Source of the DNA: Phoronis australis
Taxonomy: Eukaryota > Animalia > Phoronida
NCBI GenBank assembly: GCA_002633005.1
Contig: NMRA01000126.1
Span: forward strand, 869,388-907,040
DNA length: 37,653 nt
Direction of reading: 5' to 3'
Of the stretch, positions 13,101-22,335 are shown piece by piece (the first letter of the stretch is position 1; the number at the start of each line of letters is the position of its first letter). Below the pieces are notes generated by a model that saw only the letters and a list, made by a program, of their open reading frames with translations, did no database searches and had not been told where the DNA came from. The translations under genes and the position numbers were made by a program.

Positions 13101-16100
13101 GAATCTTTTCGGGAGGCTCTTGCCTTTTGTCTTTGTCATGGCAAGATTCATAGGGAAGATAATGTTCGCCAAAGTCTGCGTGAACATCAGTTAGCCACAC
13201 CGGTCTTGGTTGACGAAGCCATTCTCTGATGTCGGACTTCCGATCGAATCACGTGACATCATAGGCGGAGCGATCTTCTGCTGGCGTAAGGTCAAATTGA
13301 AGACGGTATTTTATTTTCATTAATAATTTTAGAAACATGAAAACGTAAATGGTGAGTTGCCATGAAACTGGTTAATTTGTAGAATAGAGTCTGGAGACTG
13401 GGAGCATTGCTGTAAGCCTGTATGTTTGGTCGTGTCGATAAAGCGTGTTCTGAGCATGGCATGCAACTTGACCAAGCTATACGTCCATGACTACGCAATG
13501 TACTGAGCGCAAAATCTATATGCAGTACCTATTTCAAAGTGAATTTGAACGGTAGACATCTGCTCATCTTGTCAATGACACTATTGTTTTTCAAATGGCT
13601 GAAGACTGGGGATTATTCAATTGTTCAGCACGCCCAACCAGTGCCTTGAGCAAGGAGAACGTACATGGAGTCAAGTTCAAATTGTCATTGGACTTTTACT
13701 TAAAAGTTACTTAAAACGCTGCCAGAGCTTAATTTCAGCAATTCGTCGCCATCTTGTCACTACAGCAACCGGGATAGTAGAAACTTACAACATTTTTAGT
13801 GACAGAAGACTGGAAGTCTGCTTCTCCCTTTCTCCGTCGTTTTACACACAATGATATGAGCAAAAAAGCAAGAGGTAGGGACCTTTAACCAAAACGTGGC
13901 TTGAATAACGTCCGATTCGGCTATGTTTCGGCACTGATCATTGCGAACGTTTTCAACGACTTTCGAACAAAAACAAAACAAGCGAGAATTTCTGCCGATG
14001 CGTTGCCATTTTGTCTCTGGCAAAAGTTCTCTTTCCAATCACAAAAGGGCGCTGCAAAGGTATATAACGGAAGTTAACCGCCATTGACTTTGTAAGGCTA
14101 CTCTAGCGCAATGTAACATTTAGATGCGGGCAGATTGATGCTAGATTGGTTTGTCATCTCAAGCTTCGACATGCTGTCAGGATTTACTCGTTAGCTTTGT
14201 TTACAAATTCAGGATTATCATGCTAATAATTGTACGATGACACTTGAATAACCCCTTTTCCAAATGCTGCCTAGTAGTTTATGAACCATGGTGATTGCCT
14301 ATTAAGACCAAGGCTCATAAACCAGAATTAGAAATGAAAAGAGTCAAGTGACATCGAACAATTCTTGGCGTGATAATCCTGAACTCGTAAATAAACTTTA
14401 GAGAGTAGACGATGGCAGCATATCAAAGCTTAAAAGAGTTACCAATCAGACATCAATGTCATGCCTCCGTCAACATTGCTCTCCTTCCCTCTATGTACCT
14501 AATAATACCCTCGGAATTGGTACATATTTGTGTATTGTTGACTTGGTTCATTGAATAATCGCGAGATCAGATCGTGATTATATGGCCTAATCATACATGA
14601 TCCAATCCACCACTCGACCATGAGTTTCTACTCACCCAGTTGGTAAAGGGTGTAGCTAAATCTCATCCCACATGTGTCTCCGTAATTCTTATCAAACCCT
14701 GCCTTTTTCCACATAGCACGCTTCGGAAACGTCTTCCGGTCTGGATACTTGGCCCACAGGTCGGCTTTGAACTTGAAATCTGCAAAAATGTCTGTACAAC
14801 TTGAAATTGCACCTGCATTTTATATATAATCTATTCTTACATTGCAGACTAGGTTATTTTTGCCGGTGTCTGCTTTTCGAAACATGTGGTTTGATTGTGG
14901 CTGTTATTTGCATTTATGCCCTGAAAATGTACAGGTTTCCGAGAAAATGTTTTTAGGATATCGTGGTAAAATTACCCCTCTGCATTGCAGCTGACACGTC
15001 AGCGTTTAAAATGGCCTCAGAGGCCCAGCAAATGTTTTCAAAATTGAAAAATAACTCTTACGTGTCTTGTAATTTGCAAAACTGTTGCACAGCATGTGAA
15101 ATTTAGTCAGAAAAGTTAATGTAACAATAACAAGGGCCTGTTACGAAGTCCCGCTTACACGTTTTGCGACTTTCAATACAAGGGGCAAAACTATTCATAG
15201 TCTAGATATCGGCAGTAACACTTTCATGAAACGAATCCTGCGTGACACCCTCACCAGTCGATTTTGGGCAACTTGACCGGTTTGATAACCATAAAATCCG
15301 CTAGGTCTAAAGAGAACATCCACCTTCAGTTGACATTATCGTTCTCTCGAGATTAACTTGGGTAATCATGTGCGAACTTGGCCATTGCAAACATAGACAT
15401 AAACATTCGGGAAGACAAATATTTCTTGCTTATGTCATTTTAATAAGAATAAGTCATTTTAAATCATAAGCTGTTCAATACTATTTTTAAATTTTCATTG
15501 GACAGTTTTTAATAGCATATTTGAATAGTTTGTGAAAATGCATGTGGTTAAGTGTTTGAAATTTCAAAAACGGACACGAAATGTGGCTTTTGTAACCTAA
15601 ATCTAGAAAATAATGTAAAGCCAGTATCCGCTTCTTCATTAATTCTGTTGGGCGCGCAACATTATAAACCAGCAGTTAGAAATTGAGGAAAGCCAAGTGT
15701 CATTGTACAATTTTGGGCATGGTGTTCCTCCGTGGTGACTAGATGATAGCGTTGTTTTTACAGGATTAAAGCGCACGGATACTACAGATACTTCTGACAA
15801 CGGTCTGAGAACAGTTTAAACATGTTCGCTATTGCTTATGCACCTAGTTGCTGTTATACCGCCTAGTCCCTGTCCTGAGAGTACTCAATCACATTTCTGA
15901 AAGCTTGTGCCAATATGAAATAAGGATATCCGCCAAATCAAAATATTGGCGAGTTGAAATCTTACTCTGAAGAGTACAGTCAGCACTGTTTAAAAGGAAC
16001 CATTAGTGGAAAGCTTTTTGTTCATACCTGATATCTTTTTTGTTTCATTGCAAGGCGGCCAGTGCGTAGCTAGCGTGCTGATTGAAGACGTTGTTGGCTT

Positions 16101-16331
16101 GGTATCCACTGGCGGACTGGTGTCCGCTGGCGGAGTGGTGTCCGCTGACGGAGTGGTGTCCGCTGGCGGATTGGTGTCCGCTGGCGGAGTGGTGTCCGCT
16201 GGCGGAGTGGTGTCCGCTGATAGAGTAGTATGGTTAGGCAGAGTAATATCCGTTGACTTAACCGTGTTTGCTGGCAGAGCGTGGTCCACGGGTGAATTGA
16301 TGGAATTCGCTTGGACTTTTAACACCGAAAA
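972..16331 (-). CDS. dae4: Multi-exon gene (partial at the 3' end, start uncertain): probably secreted protein with three tandem Tae4-like peptidoglycan amidase domains and mucin-like linkers (domesticated amidase effector, dae4-like)
   Basis: Exons 16028-16331, 14636-14779, 11043-11200, 9644-9809, 9366-9512, 8441-8598, 2947-3427, 1387-1527 and 972-1129 all have AG/GT ends and join in frame without stops (1857 nt). Each domain shows the Tae4 motif order F..(L/I)W.KYP / DTCG(L/M)RFSY / KY(I/V)IRAD..YL.KIFKKP / KGII.F / G(H/Y)IDLWDG..C...C, comparable to bacterial Tae4 NAC.IRMSY / Y.YRV..YL...GKP / GKKGII / GH..LWNG..C...C as recalled. The symbol is a family-level assignment. Confidence 0.85.
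1387..1527 (-). CDS. Tae4-like domain 3, exon a: DFTFNDLWTKYPDPNIFDKPAMWKKAGFDKSYGDTCGLRFSYTLYQLG
   Basis: Acceptor gactgcag|AT, donor TTAG|gtaagt; phase 1-1; inside ORF 1250..1537; Cys codon at 1421-1423. Confidence 0.9.
2886..2926. repeat. Short intronic tandem repeat, 14-bp unit ccatcacactctga, about 3 copies
   Basis: Directly visible. Confidence 0.85.
2947..3427 (-). CDS. Tae4-like domain 2, exon c (His replaced by Tyr) fused to Thr/Ser/Pro-rich mucin-like stalk 2
   Basis: Acceptor aatgatttttcag|ACA, donor GCAG|gtaaga; phase 0-1; TRKGIIIFHRC...KGYIDLWDGEDCKNKCYFEHCKKYCVFEI then a TTTTP-rich run to PSCKETTKIA; inside ORF 2936..3439. Confidence 0.9.
7268..7430 (-). pseudogene. Decayed extra copy of Tae4-like exon c (pseudo-exon)
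   Basis: Reads TDHMTLMFRQYLNRTPSIPVTGHVDVWNGKK...FRLFEILK*, collinear with 9644-9809. The acceptor position reads AA instead of AG, there are compensating indels, TAA replaces CAA, and a GT remains at the homologous donor position (7267-7266). Confidence 0.75.
8441..8598 (-). CDS. Tae4-like domain 2, exon b: YTIGITKADNCNWSGLKNKHGQKYIIRADTWHCYLKKIFKKPLCVRNRAKLE
   Basis: Hand translation; acceptor cttactgcag|GC, donor GAG|gtaatt; 158 nt, phase 1-0. Confidence 0.9.
9366..9512 (-). CDS. Tae4-like domain 2, exon a: KPKFNNIWKKYPNPKIKKPAMWKKAGFDQKYLSHWDTCGLRFSYAIYRIG
   Basis: Hand translation; acceptor atttacag|AA, donor ATAG|gtaagt; phase 1-1; Cys codon at 9400-9402. Confidence 0.9.
9644..9809 (-). 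CDS. Tae4-like domain 1, exon c (catalytic His): GKKGIITFRHCSWKNNPKRPTGHIDLWDGKKCRNKCYFKKCKEFCLFEISKQKAF
   Basis: Hand translation; acceptor aatgattttcag|GGA, donor TTCA|gtgagt; phase 0-1; His codon at 9741-9743. Confidence 0.9.
11043..11200 (-). CDS. Tae4-like domain 1, exon b: YKIYITKADNCNWSGFKNKRGQKYIIRADTWHCYLMKIFKKPFCVKNKAKLA
   Basis: Acceptor ttttacag|GC, donor GCG|gtaagt; 158 nt, same length as paralogous exons 8441-8598 and 972-1129; inside ORF 11031..11417. Confidence 0.9.
11888..12106 (+). mobile_element. Degenerate THAP zinc-finger exon of a DNA transposon, in an intron of the amidase gene
   Basis: MAKRCCCGVCNSDSRY...VNFYPFPKPK...KRWI, then frameshifted LC...VCSK followed by a GT donor; fits the THAP C..C / FP / W / CSxH pattern. 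Confidence 0.65.
14134..14457. repeat. Imperfect fold-back inverted repeat of about 320 bp (MITE-like)
   Basis: Left arm attgatgctagattgg...ttcaggattatcatgctaataattgtacgatgacacttga pairs with tcaagtgacatcgaacaattcttggcgtgataatcctgaa...ccaatcagacatcaat; the inner tttatgaaccatggt / accaaggctcataaa also pair. Confidence 0.75.
14636..14779 (-). CDS. Tae4-like domain 1, exon a (catalytic Cys): DFKFKADLWAKYPDRKTFPKRAMWKKAGFDKNYGDTCGMRFSYTLYQLG
   Basis: Hand translation; acceptor tttttgcag|AT, donor CTGG|gtgagt; phase 1-1; clear paralogue of 1387-1527 and 9366-9512. Cys codon at 14670-14672. Confidence 0.9.
16028..16331 (-). CDS. Exon: possible signal-peptide end plus Pro/Thr-rich stalk 1 (FSVLKVQANSINSP...(ADTTPP)n...PPCNETKKIS)
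   Basis: Acceptor ttctttctgtttcag|TTT (phase 0), donor TCAG|gtatga (phase 1), inside ORF 15990..16379. An in-frame ATG at 16367 is an alternative start. Confidence 0.8.
16101..16220 (-). repeat. Coding 18-bp minisatellite, about 6-7 copies, encoding (ADTTPP)n
   Basis: Plus-strand unit gctggcggagtggtgtcc repeated with single-base variants. Confidence 0.92.
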
Positions 16332-17014
16332 CTGAAACAGAAAGAACCAGCGGTTGTTGCGGTACATATTGTTGCACAATCATGCGACAATACGTGCCGA
16401 GTGCGACAGTTCATGTCGCAACAACAAGATGCAGTCTCCCAACTTCTTGTGTTTTACTTGCAAGTATTTGATAGAAACCGCACATAGATTTTTAAGAGAG
16501 TCTCTTTTTCAATAAGAGTGTCGTTTTTTGAAAACGTGTTTTAATCTATGACGTAACACCCAAGATCGTCCGGCAGCGTTTTTTGTTCTTTTTTGTAATC
16601 AAATTGAAGATTGTAGGTGCCGAAAAAACCCATGAAACGTCCCGTTTTCCCCCTGTAGTCGAACGGGTAGATAGGGCTATGTTGCGTGGAAATTACAGTC
16701 GCAAATGATAATATGCCAGTTTCGTCGTGTGTCAAAAAGCGGAAATTTTGATGGAGTGGCAAAACGACTGCCAAAATTTCAAAAACTAGGACAGTCCGCC
16801 AAGAGCGGGATAATTGCCAATTACAGTGTACGCTGTCAGAAGCACAAAAATTGGATTCTTTTACAAGGTAAACATTTTATTTTTTAATTTTACTTCCCGG
16901 GTATAGGTATATACTACTTGCAACATCACTGCTTAGAAATCGAATTAACAAAAAAGTAACTGGGCAACAGGTTAAGTTTGCACAAATGATTTCATTAGAA
17001 ACAGTAATGATCTG

Positions 17015-17100
17015 ATATAACGCGCCCGCATTTCGAGAACCAGTTTTCTCCACTGAATAACGGGCATCAAACTGGTCCTCAAAATACGGGCACGTTATAT
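17015..17100. repeat. Palindrome, 32-bp arms with 4 mismatches, 22-nt loop
   Basis: atataacgcgcccgcatttcgagaaccagttt versus aaactggtcctcaaaatacgggcacgttatat. Confidence 0.85.
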
Positions 17101-17161
17101 TCGATTATTGCCATGGAAAAAATAAAAACATTTTTAAAATATACATGCATATATACTCAAA

Positions 17162-17185
17162 ACACACACACACACACACACACAC
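17162..17185. repeat. (AC)n microsatellite
   Basis: Directly visible. Confidence 0.95.
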
Positions 17186-17384
17186 TTAGTTACGCAAATA
17201 AATACACAAGCCGTTATTTCAATTCGAAAGGTACGTAAACACACCAGTTAGTAGGGCCTAGCTAAAATTCATTTATAATTGTAAAACAAACGCCCAAAAA
17301 CCAAATGTCACTCGTTTCCATAAAATATTGTAACATGATTTAACACACAAACATGTTTGTTGAAAAATTGCTAACATGGTTTGA

Positions 17385-17712
17385 TAAGTGTTCGAAAAAG
17401 GTCATGAGGCTTGTTAGTACCCAACAGCTTTATTATGACCTCCTGCAACCCACGCTGTAACGGGCTCTGCGAGAGAATCAGCGGTCTATTGAAAGTCATG
17501 CTGAAGAAGGTGTGACAAAAAAGACCACGAGACTGGAACCGGTTCCTGTCAGCTGTTCTGTTTGCTTACCCGGGCAAGACCCATAGTCATACACTAGATT
17601 TTTCATTGACTTGCTGTATGGCAGGACAGTGGGAGGTCCTATGCAAATCTTGGGTGAACTTTGGACTTGAGAAGACAATAACAAGTTTCGAAATGCTAAC
17701 CAGTATGTCTTT
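17385..17712 (+). mobile_element. Gypsy LTR-retrotransposon integrase core remnant
   Basis: Hand translation PRCNGLCERISGLLKVMLKKV*QKRPRDWNRFLSAVLFAY...DLLYGRTVGGPMQILGELWT*...QYVF, matching the NGLxER / DW / LFAYR / LLYGR integrase pattern, with stops and frameshifts. Confidence 0.8.
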
Positions 17713-20700
17713 TTTGAATGTTTATTATGAAATAGTCAATACAATAAATATACAGACCAATACAAAGAAATCTATATAAAATTATACACGCATACATTAA
17801 TTTATCAAGTAATTATAAGAGTACAATGATAAGTATTAAATATAAATATGATTACGAATATCAATAAATCATTTTCATACACAATAAGTGATTTTGCAAT
17901 CAATGTGATGAAGAGTCGAAAATAAGCACCTGTATACGATGTTATCAACTCACACAAAGGGATTCAATATTAAAAAGAACTTTTGAAACTATTAAGAATA
18001 AAACCTTATTTTCATTAAACTCAAGTCCTATACAATCATTAAGAAAAAAATAATTTTGCTAAACATTTTTAGAAGATCTTAATATCTTTGTTAACATTGG
18101 GGTATTGTTTGAGTGTCTGGAAAAGCTGTGCCCTCTGCTCCCCGCATACCTTGCAAGCAAAGAAAATATGAGCACAGGAACACAAAGGTAAAGTATTATT
18201 AAAATTATGGTTAAATTTGTCACTGTTTAGGAATAATCCGCATTTTGATCTGTATAGGATAATTTCATGGTTGAGAGGAAGTTGGAATGATGTGAATGGG
18301 ACTGCAGAGTCTAGAGTAGTGATATGCAGTTTAAAGTTATTTTTGGGAGTGACGATTGAAGTACTTTCTTTTATTTTCGTTGGTAAGCTTGGCTGAGGGA
18401 AGATGGTATAGTGTATAAATTACTTTGCCTCAGTCCTGGTCTTGCGTTATGTCATCTGCAGGAGTCAAAGAGGATTTTTTAATAATTGTCTATGTTGTTT
18501 AAGACTTAGAATTTATACATGAAAATGTGGAGTTTACGACGGGTTGTTAGTTTGATCCAGTTGATTGTGTTTTATCCTTTGTATGTCCCTGTTATGGCTA
18601 AGGCTGCTTGGTATTGTTTCTTTCTAATTGAAGAAATATGCCTGCGTTTGCTGATTGCTAGATGATGTCACGGATATGGAAGCACAAAAGACTTGAACAA
18701 GAGGCACGGAGTTGAGATGACAAGAGACGATTGGAATTGGATTAATTAATTTATTGTACTTTTTGAACGAGTTCGCGATACTGAAGAATAAATGTAAGCT
18801 TATCGTCTAGTAGCAAGCCACGGTGTTCATGTGTGTGCCTTTTGGGAATAACTTCCCCATCGGCTGATAGATCAAGCATTGAATTTGTTTCGAAATTAGT
18901 GCTACACGGTATTAGACTAAGAAAATATAGGATCATCACTTTTTTCAGGTTTAAATTCCATCTTCGATTTGTGAGTGCAGTCAGAGAGTTTGTTCAGGTC
19001 AGTTTGTAATTGTAAGGAGTCATGAGGATGCAGTGTCATCAGCATGTAAGAATGTTTACCAGTTTTTGTGTCTGGAAGAGCGTTCGTGTACAGTAAAAAG
19101 AGTAAGAAGCCTAGTACGGTACCCTGTGGTTCTCAGCATTTACATAACCTGGTGTTGATGGGGGTGAGAAGACACCCTCAGTTCGGACTTTGGAAGTTCG
19201 CTATTCAAGATATGATTTTAAAAATTGGAGGAGAGGGATAGAGAAACCATAAGATTGTAAGTTTTGTAGAAGCAGATCATGAGGAACGATTATATCAAAT
19301 GCTGACGCAAAGTCTAAAAATCCGGATCTCACGTAGTACTCTTGCTCAAATTGGAGGTGGATTTCATGTACAATTTCCGTAAGTTGGGACACAAAGCATG
19401 AATCCAAATTGCCGACCATAGATGAGGTTTTGTGACGAGAGATGGTCAAACATGTTTTGAGAAATATTTTTTTCTACAAATTTGAATAAGGTGTTGGAAA
19501 GGGTTATGGGGCGATAGTTGGCATTGTCTGCTTTGGAGTCCTTTTTGTGTATTGGTATCATAGCATCAAATTTCCAGTCCAAAGGAAATTTTCCAGATTG
19601 TAGTGTGTTGTTGTATAATGTTGTCAAAGGAGCTGTAAGCTCTCTTGCTATTATCTTTTTATTAGTAATTATATCGGTACCGTCGGTTTTGTTTTCGGCA
19701 ATGTTTTTAGTAGCTTTCGGACTTAAGATGATTGGGCTTGTATGCCAGAGAAGTGCTCTAATGTTCTGTTTGGGAACTTGGGAAAGTTTGTTGGTGGTGC
19801 AATGTGACTCTTAGCGGTGAAATATTATAGAAATAGTTTACCTTTTTCAGCTGTGGATGACGCCTGAGTGTTGGCTTCCTTTAAGTGGATGGTGGGGTTT
19901 AACGATTGGTTTATCTGTCCTTGAATTTTTTTACTATATCCCAATATTCCTTAGAATTTTGGGGACGTTGTTGATTATGGAAATAATTTTCATGTTAAAG
20001 TTTTGTTTTGTCTTTCTAATTAGTTTTACCACTATTTTGCACTGTTCTTTTTAACACTTAAACGTGTACGGGTTATTAGATTTTCTGAACAATCTCTACA
20101 GTTTATTTCTATTATTCATTTCAGAATTTGTTTTGTTATTAAACCACGGTTTGCTCTTGTTTTGTATCGTTTCCATGGTTGATGGGAATTTTTGTTATCA
20201 AGTATATTGTAGAATGACTGTGTGAATGTTGAGACTGCGTCATTTACGTCACTTTTATTTAGTATTTCAATCCAGTCAAATGGGGTTATGTCGGTGCGCA
20301 ATTTGTCCATGTTAAGGAGACTGTAATTCCAAACCTTTTTAATAATGCCGGGTTCTTCAGGTGCGCAGTTGAGTGTGAATGTTGTTTCTATAACGCAATG
20401 GTCTGAGTTACCAATAGGAGATCTAACAGAAGTGGATTCAATGAATCCGTAGACAAACAAGTTTAGTCCTCGCCCGGTGTTAGAGTCATAGGCAATGTTG
20501 TATCCTGGAATAACAAGTGCACCGATGTTGTCTTCAGACAGCGTTCTGTATTCACATATGGCTATGTTCATGTAATATTTGTCTCTAATAAATTGCTTGA
20601 GAAGTTCAAATCTTGAAAAATTGTTCGCCTTGATACTGTTGATGTTAGTGAATATGACTTTAAAGCTGGCTAAACCCTGAGTCTCGGGTCCTGAATTGTC

Positions 20701-21050
20701 TTCTATGTCGCCAGCAGTCAGAAGGCACATCTCAATGATAATTCTGATATTACAAAGTTCTTCGTTGTGAAGTAAACATTACGTAAGTGCACAGCTCGGG
20801 GTCGTTTTTGTAGTAAAAAAGTGAGGTCATGCTTTGTAGGCAAAAACCAGTGAAATGTTTTTGTTCTGCAGACACCCAGATAATTACAATTATTATCTGT
20901 GTGCTAAAAACTTGATGAATTCATACATTAACATCCTTATCTAACAAGAAAAAATAAATACGAGAATAATAAAAAGTATTGTTACACCTGACGCCACCCG
21001 AATCAAATAAAGCTCTAAGACAGTTCCGTACTCGTTTGGCCATTTTATCT
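17710..21050 (-). mobile_element. Decayed CR1/L2-group LINE (APE endonuclease plus reverse transcriptase ORF2)
   Basis: ORF 20116..20730 has GDIEDNSGP, TNINS and SDH (APE). ORFs 19364..19627 and 19201..19449 have FPLDWK..IPIHKK..NYRPITL, QFGF and FLDF.SAFD..PH..LL. PQGTVLG lies near 19125, HADDT near 19040, and AATAAA with a short A tail near 17710-17726. Ends are approximate. Confidence 0.9.
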
Positions 21051-21659
21051 TGAATGCCAGTGGTGATTAAAAGTGAAACAACTTAAAAAAACGATGTTGA
21101 CTCATGGACTGACTCGCACTTGATGCGATGGACAGATTAGTAGACGAAATTGAACCATTTGAGGTAGCATGTTTGAGTGTTCCAACTATAATTGTCAAGT
21201 TCACAATAGTTTCAAAATCAGGACACAAGTGAGACGCAAAATGTCTTTAAAATATTCTTTACTTAAGACAAATATGTCCTGGTTTCTCTTTTTGTTGTCT
21301 CATTGTTATCATGAAGCCATACGTGTAACTGATTGGCCCAGAAGTGGGTTTCACTTTTTCACTGCAAAATCAAAATTCAGGCAACTTGTACTTGCTGCGC
21401 CGAGTTTAACCGTGGGCCAAAATTGTCATGTCAATATCGAAATACAAATTAATCGACAGGAACTAGTTTTGGCTTTCTTTGAGCGAATATAATTTTGGGT
21501 CACAGATGATAGGCTTTTTATTTTTTGTTACAAGCACAGGTCGGAATACGTTCTCACTTCAACTAAACTCTAAATTTACACTTGGCGGAATATTAATATG
21601 AGCCAAGACAGTATACATTGGTCTTTTGGTAACCATTCTAAACTAATTTCTGGAAATTT

Positions 21660-22220
21660 GGAATTGTATTTCTTCGAGCCCAGGAACCTTTTAGAGAAGA
21701 CATGGAAAAGCTTGTATGATGCTTATGGTATAAAGCATTAACTACGAAAAGAAGGCCAGAGACAGTTTCGAGTGGGACAGAGGGGGTTGCTGTTACTTCC
21801 CACAAGCCACAACAAACTTACCCTGTAACTGAAGGGGCCATACGAAATTACGGAGCAGCCAACCGTATGGCTTAGAGGATCAACGTGAACGGCAAGATTT
21901 AGATTTTCCGTGCCAATCTGTAGCTGTTGAAAGCATATCGCTAATGCAAGAATGACAACATCGAAGACAAAGATCGAGTCATAGGCGCGGTGTTAAATAA
22001 GGAGTGTGAGACTGATGAAGCGAACCGTCTTGGTGAAGGCTACTAAGAGCTACTTTCGGAAGTTCACGACGAGACCTAATTTGTGCGATTCCTTGACGTC
22101 AGAACGGAGTGAACAAGCACTCAAACTCCTGCATGACTACCGTGGAGTGGTATCTTCAGTAATCAGCCTAGAGAAATCAATTTGACCAATCATGCCAACG
22201 AGATGACTAACAAACGAAGA
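21660..22220 (+). mobile_element. Gypsy remnant: integrase C-terminus followed by the start of RT (Gmr1-like domain order)
   Basis: RQFRVGQRGLLLLPTSHNKLTL*LKGPYEI (GPY/F motif), VNGK..IFRANL, then LTSERSEQALKLLHDY..IFSNQP..INLTNH, which is typical of the pre-RT region. Confidence 0.7.
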
Positions 22221-22335
22221 GAGCATCCAAGAGAAGGACACAGAAGCAGAAGCAGAAGACTATACATACATGCATGTGCCAGGTGAGTAATGGTTAGAAA
22301 GTTATAGAGTAATTTTCTGTTTGGCAGGGGTGTGC

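Noticed and set aside
972-16331. Bacterial T6SS effector locus or bacterial contamination
   Set aside because: The domains are split by spliceosomal introns containing animal transposons, and no Tai4 immunity gene, vgrG/hcp or operon structure is present.
16006-16335. Plus-strand (SAGGVV)n ORF, or CRISPR-like repeats
   Set aside because: Antisense of the (ADTTPP)n exon; the repeats are contiguous with no spacers.
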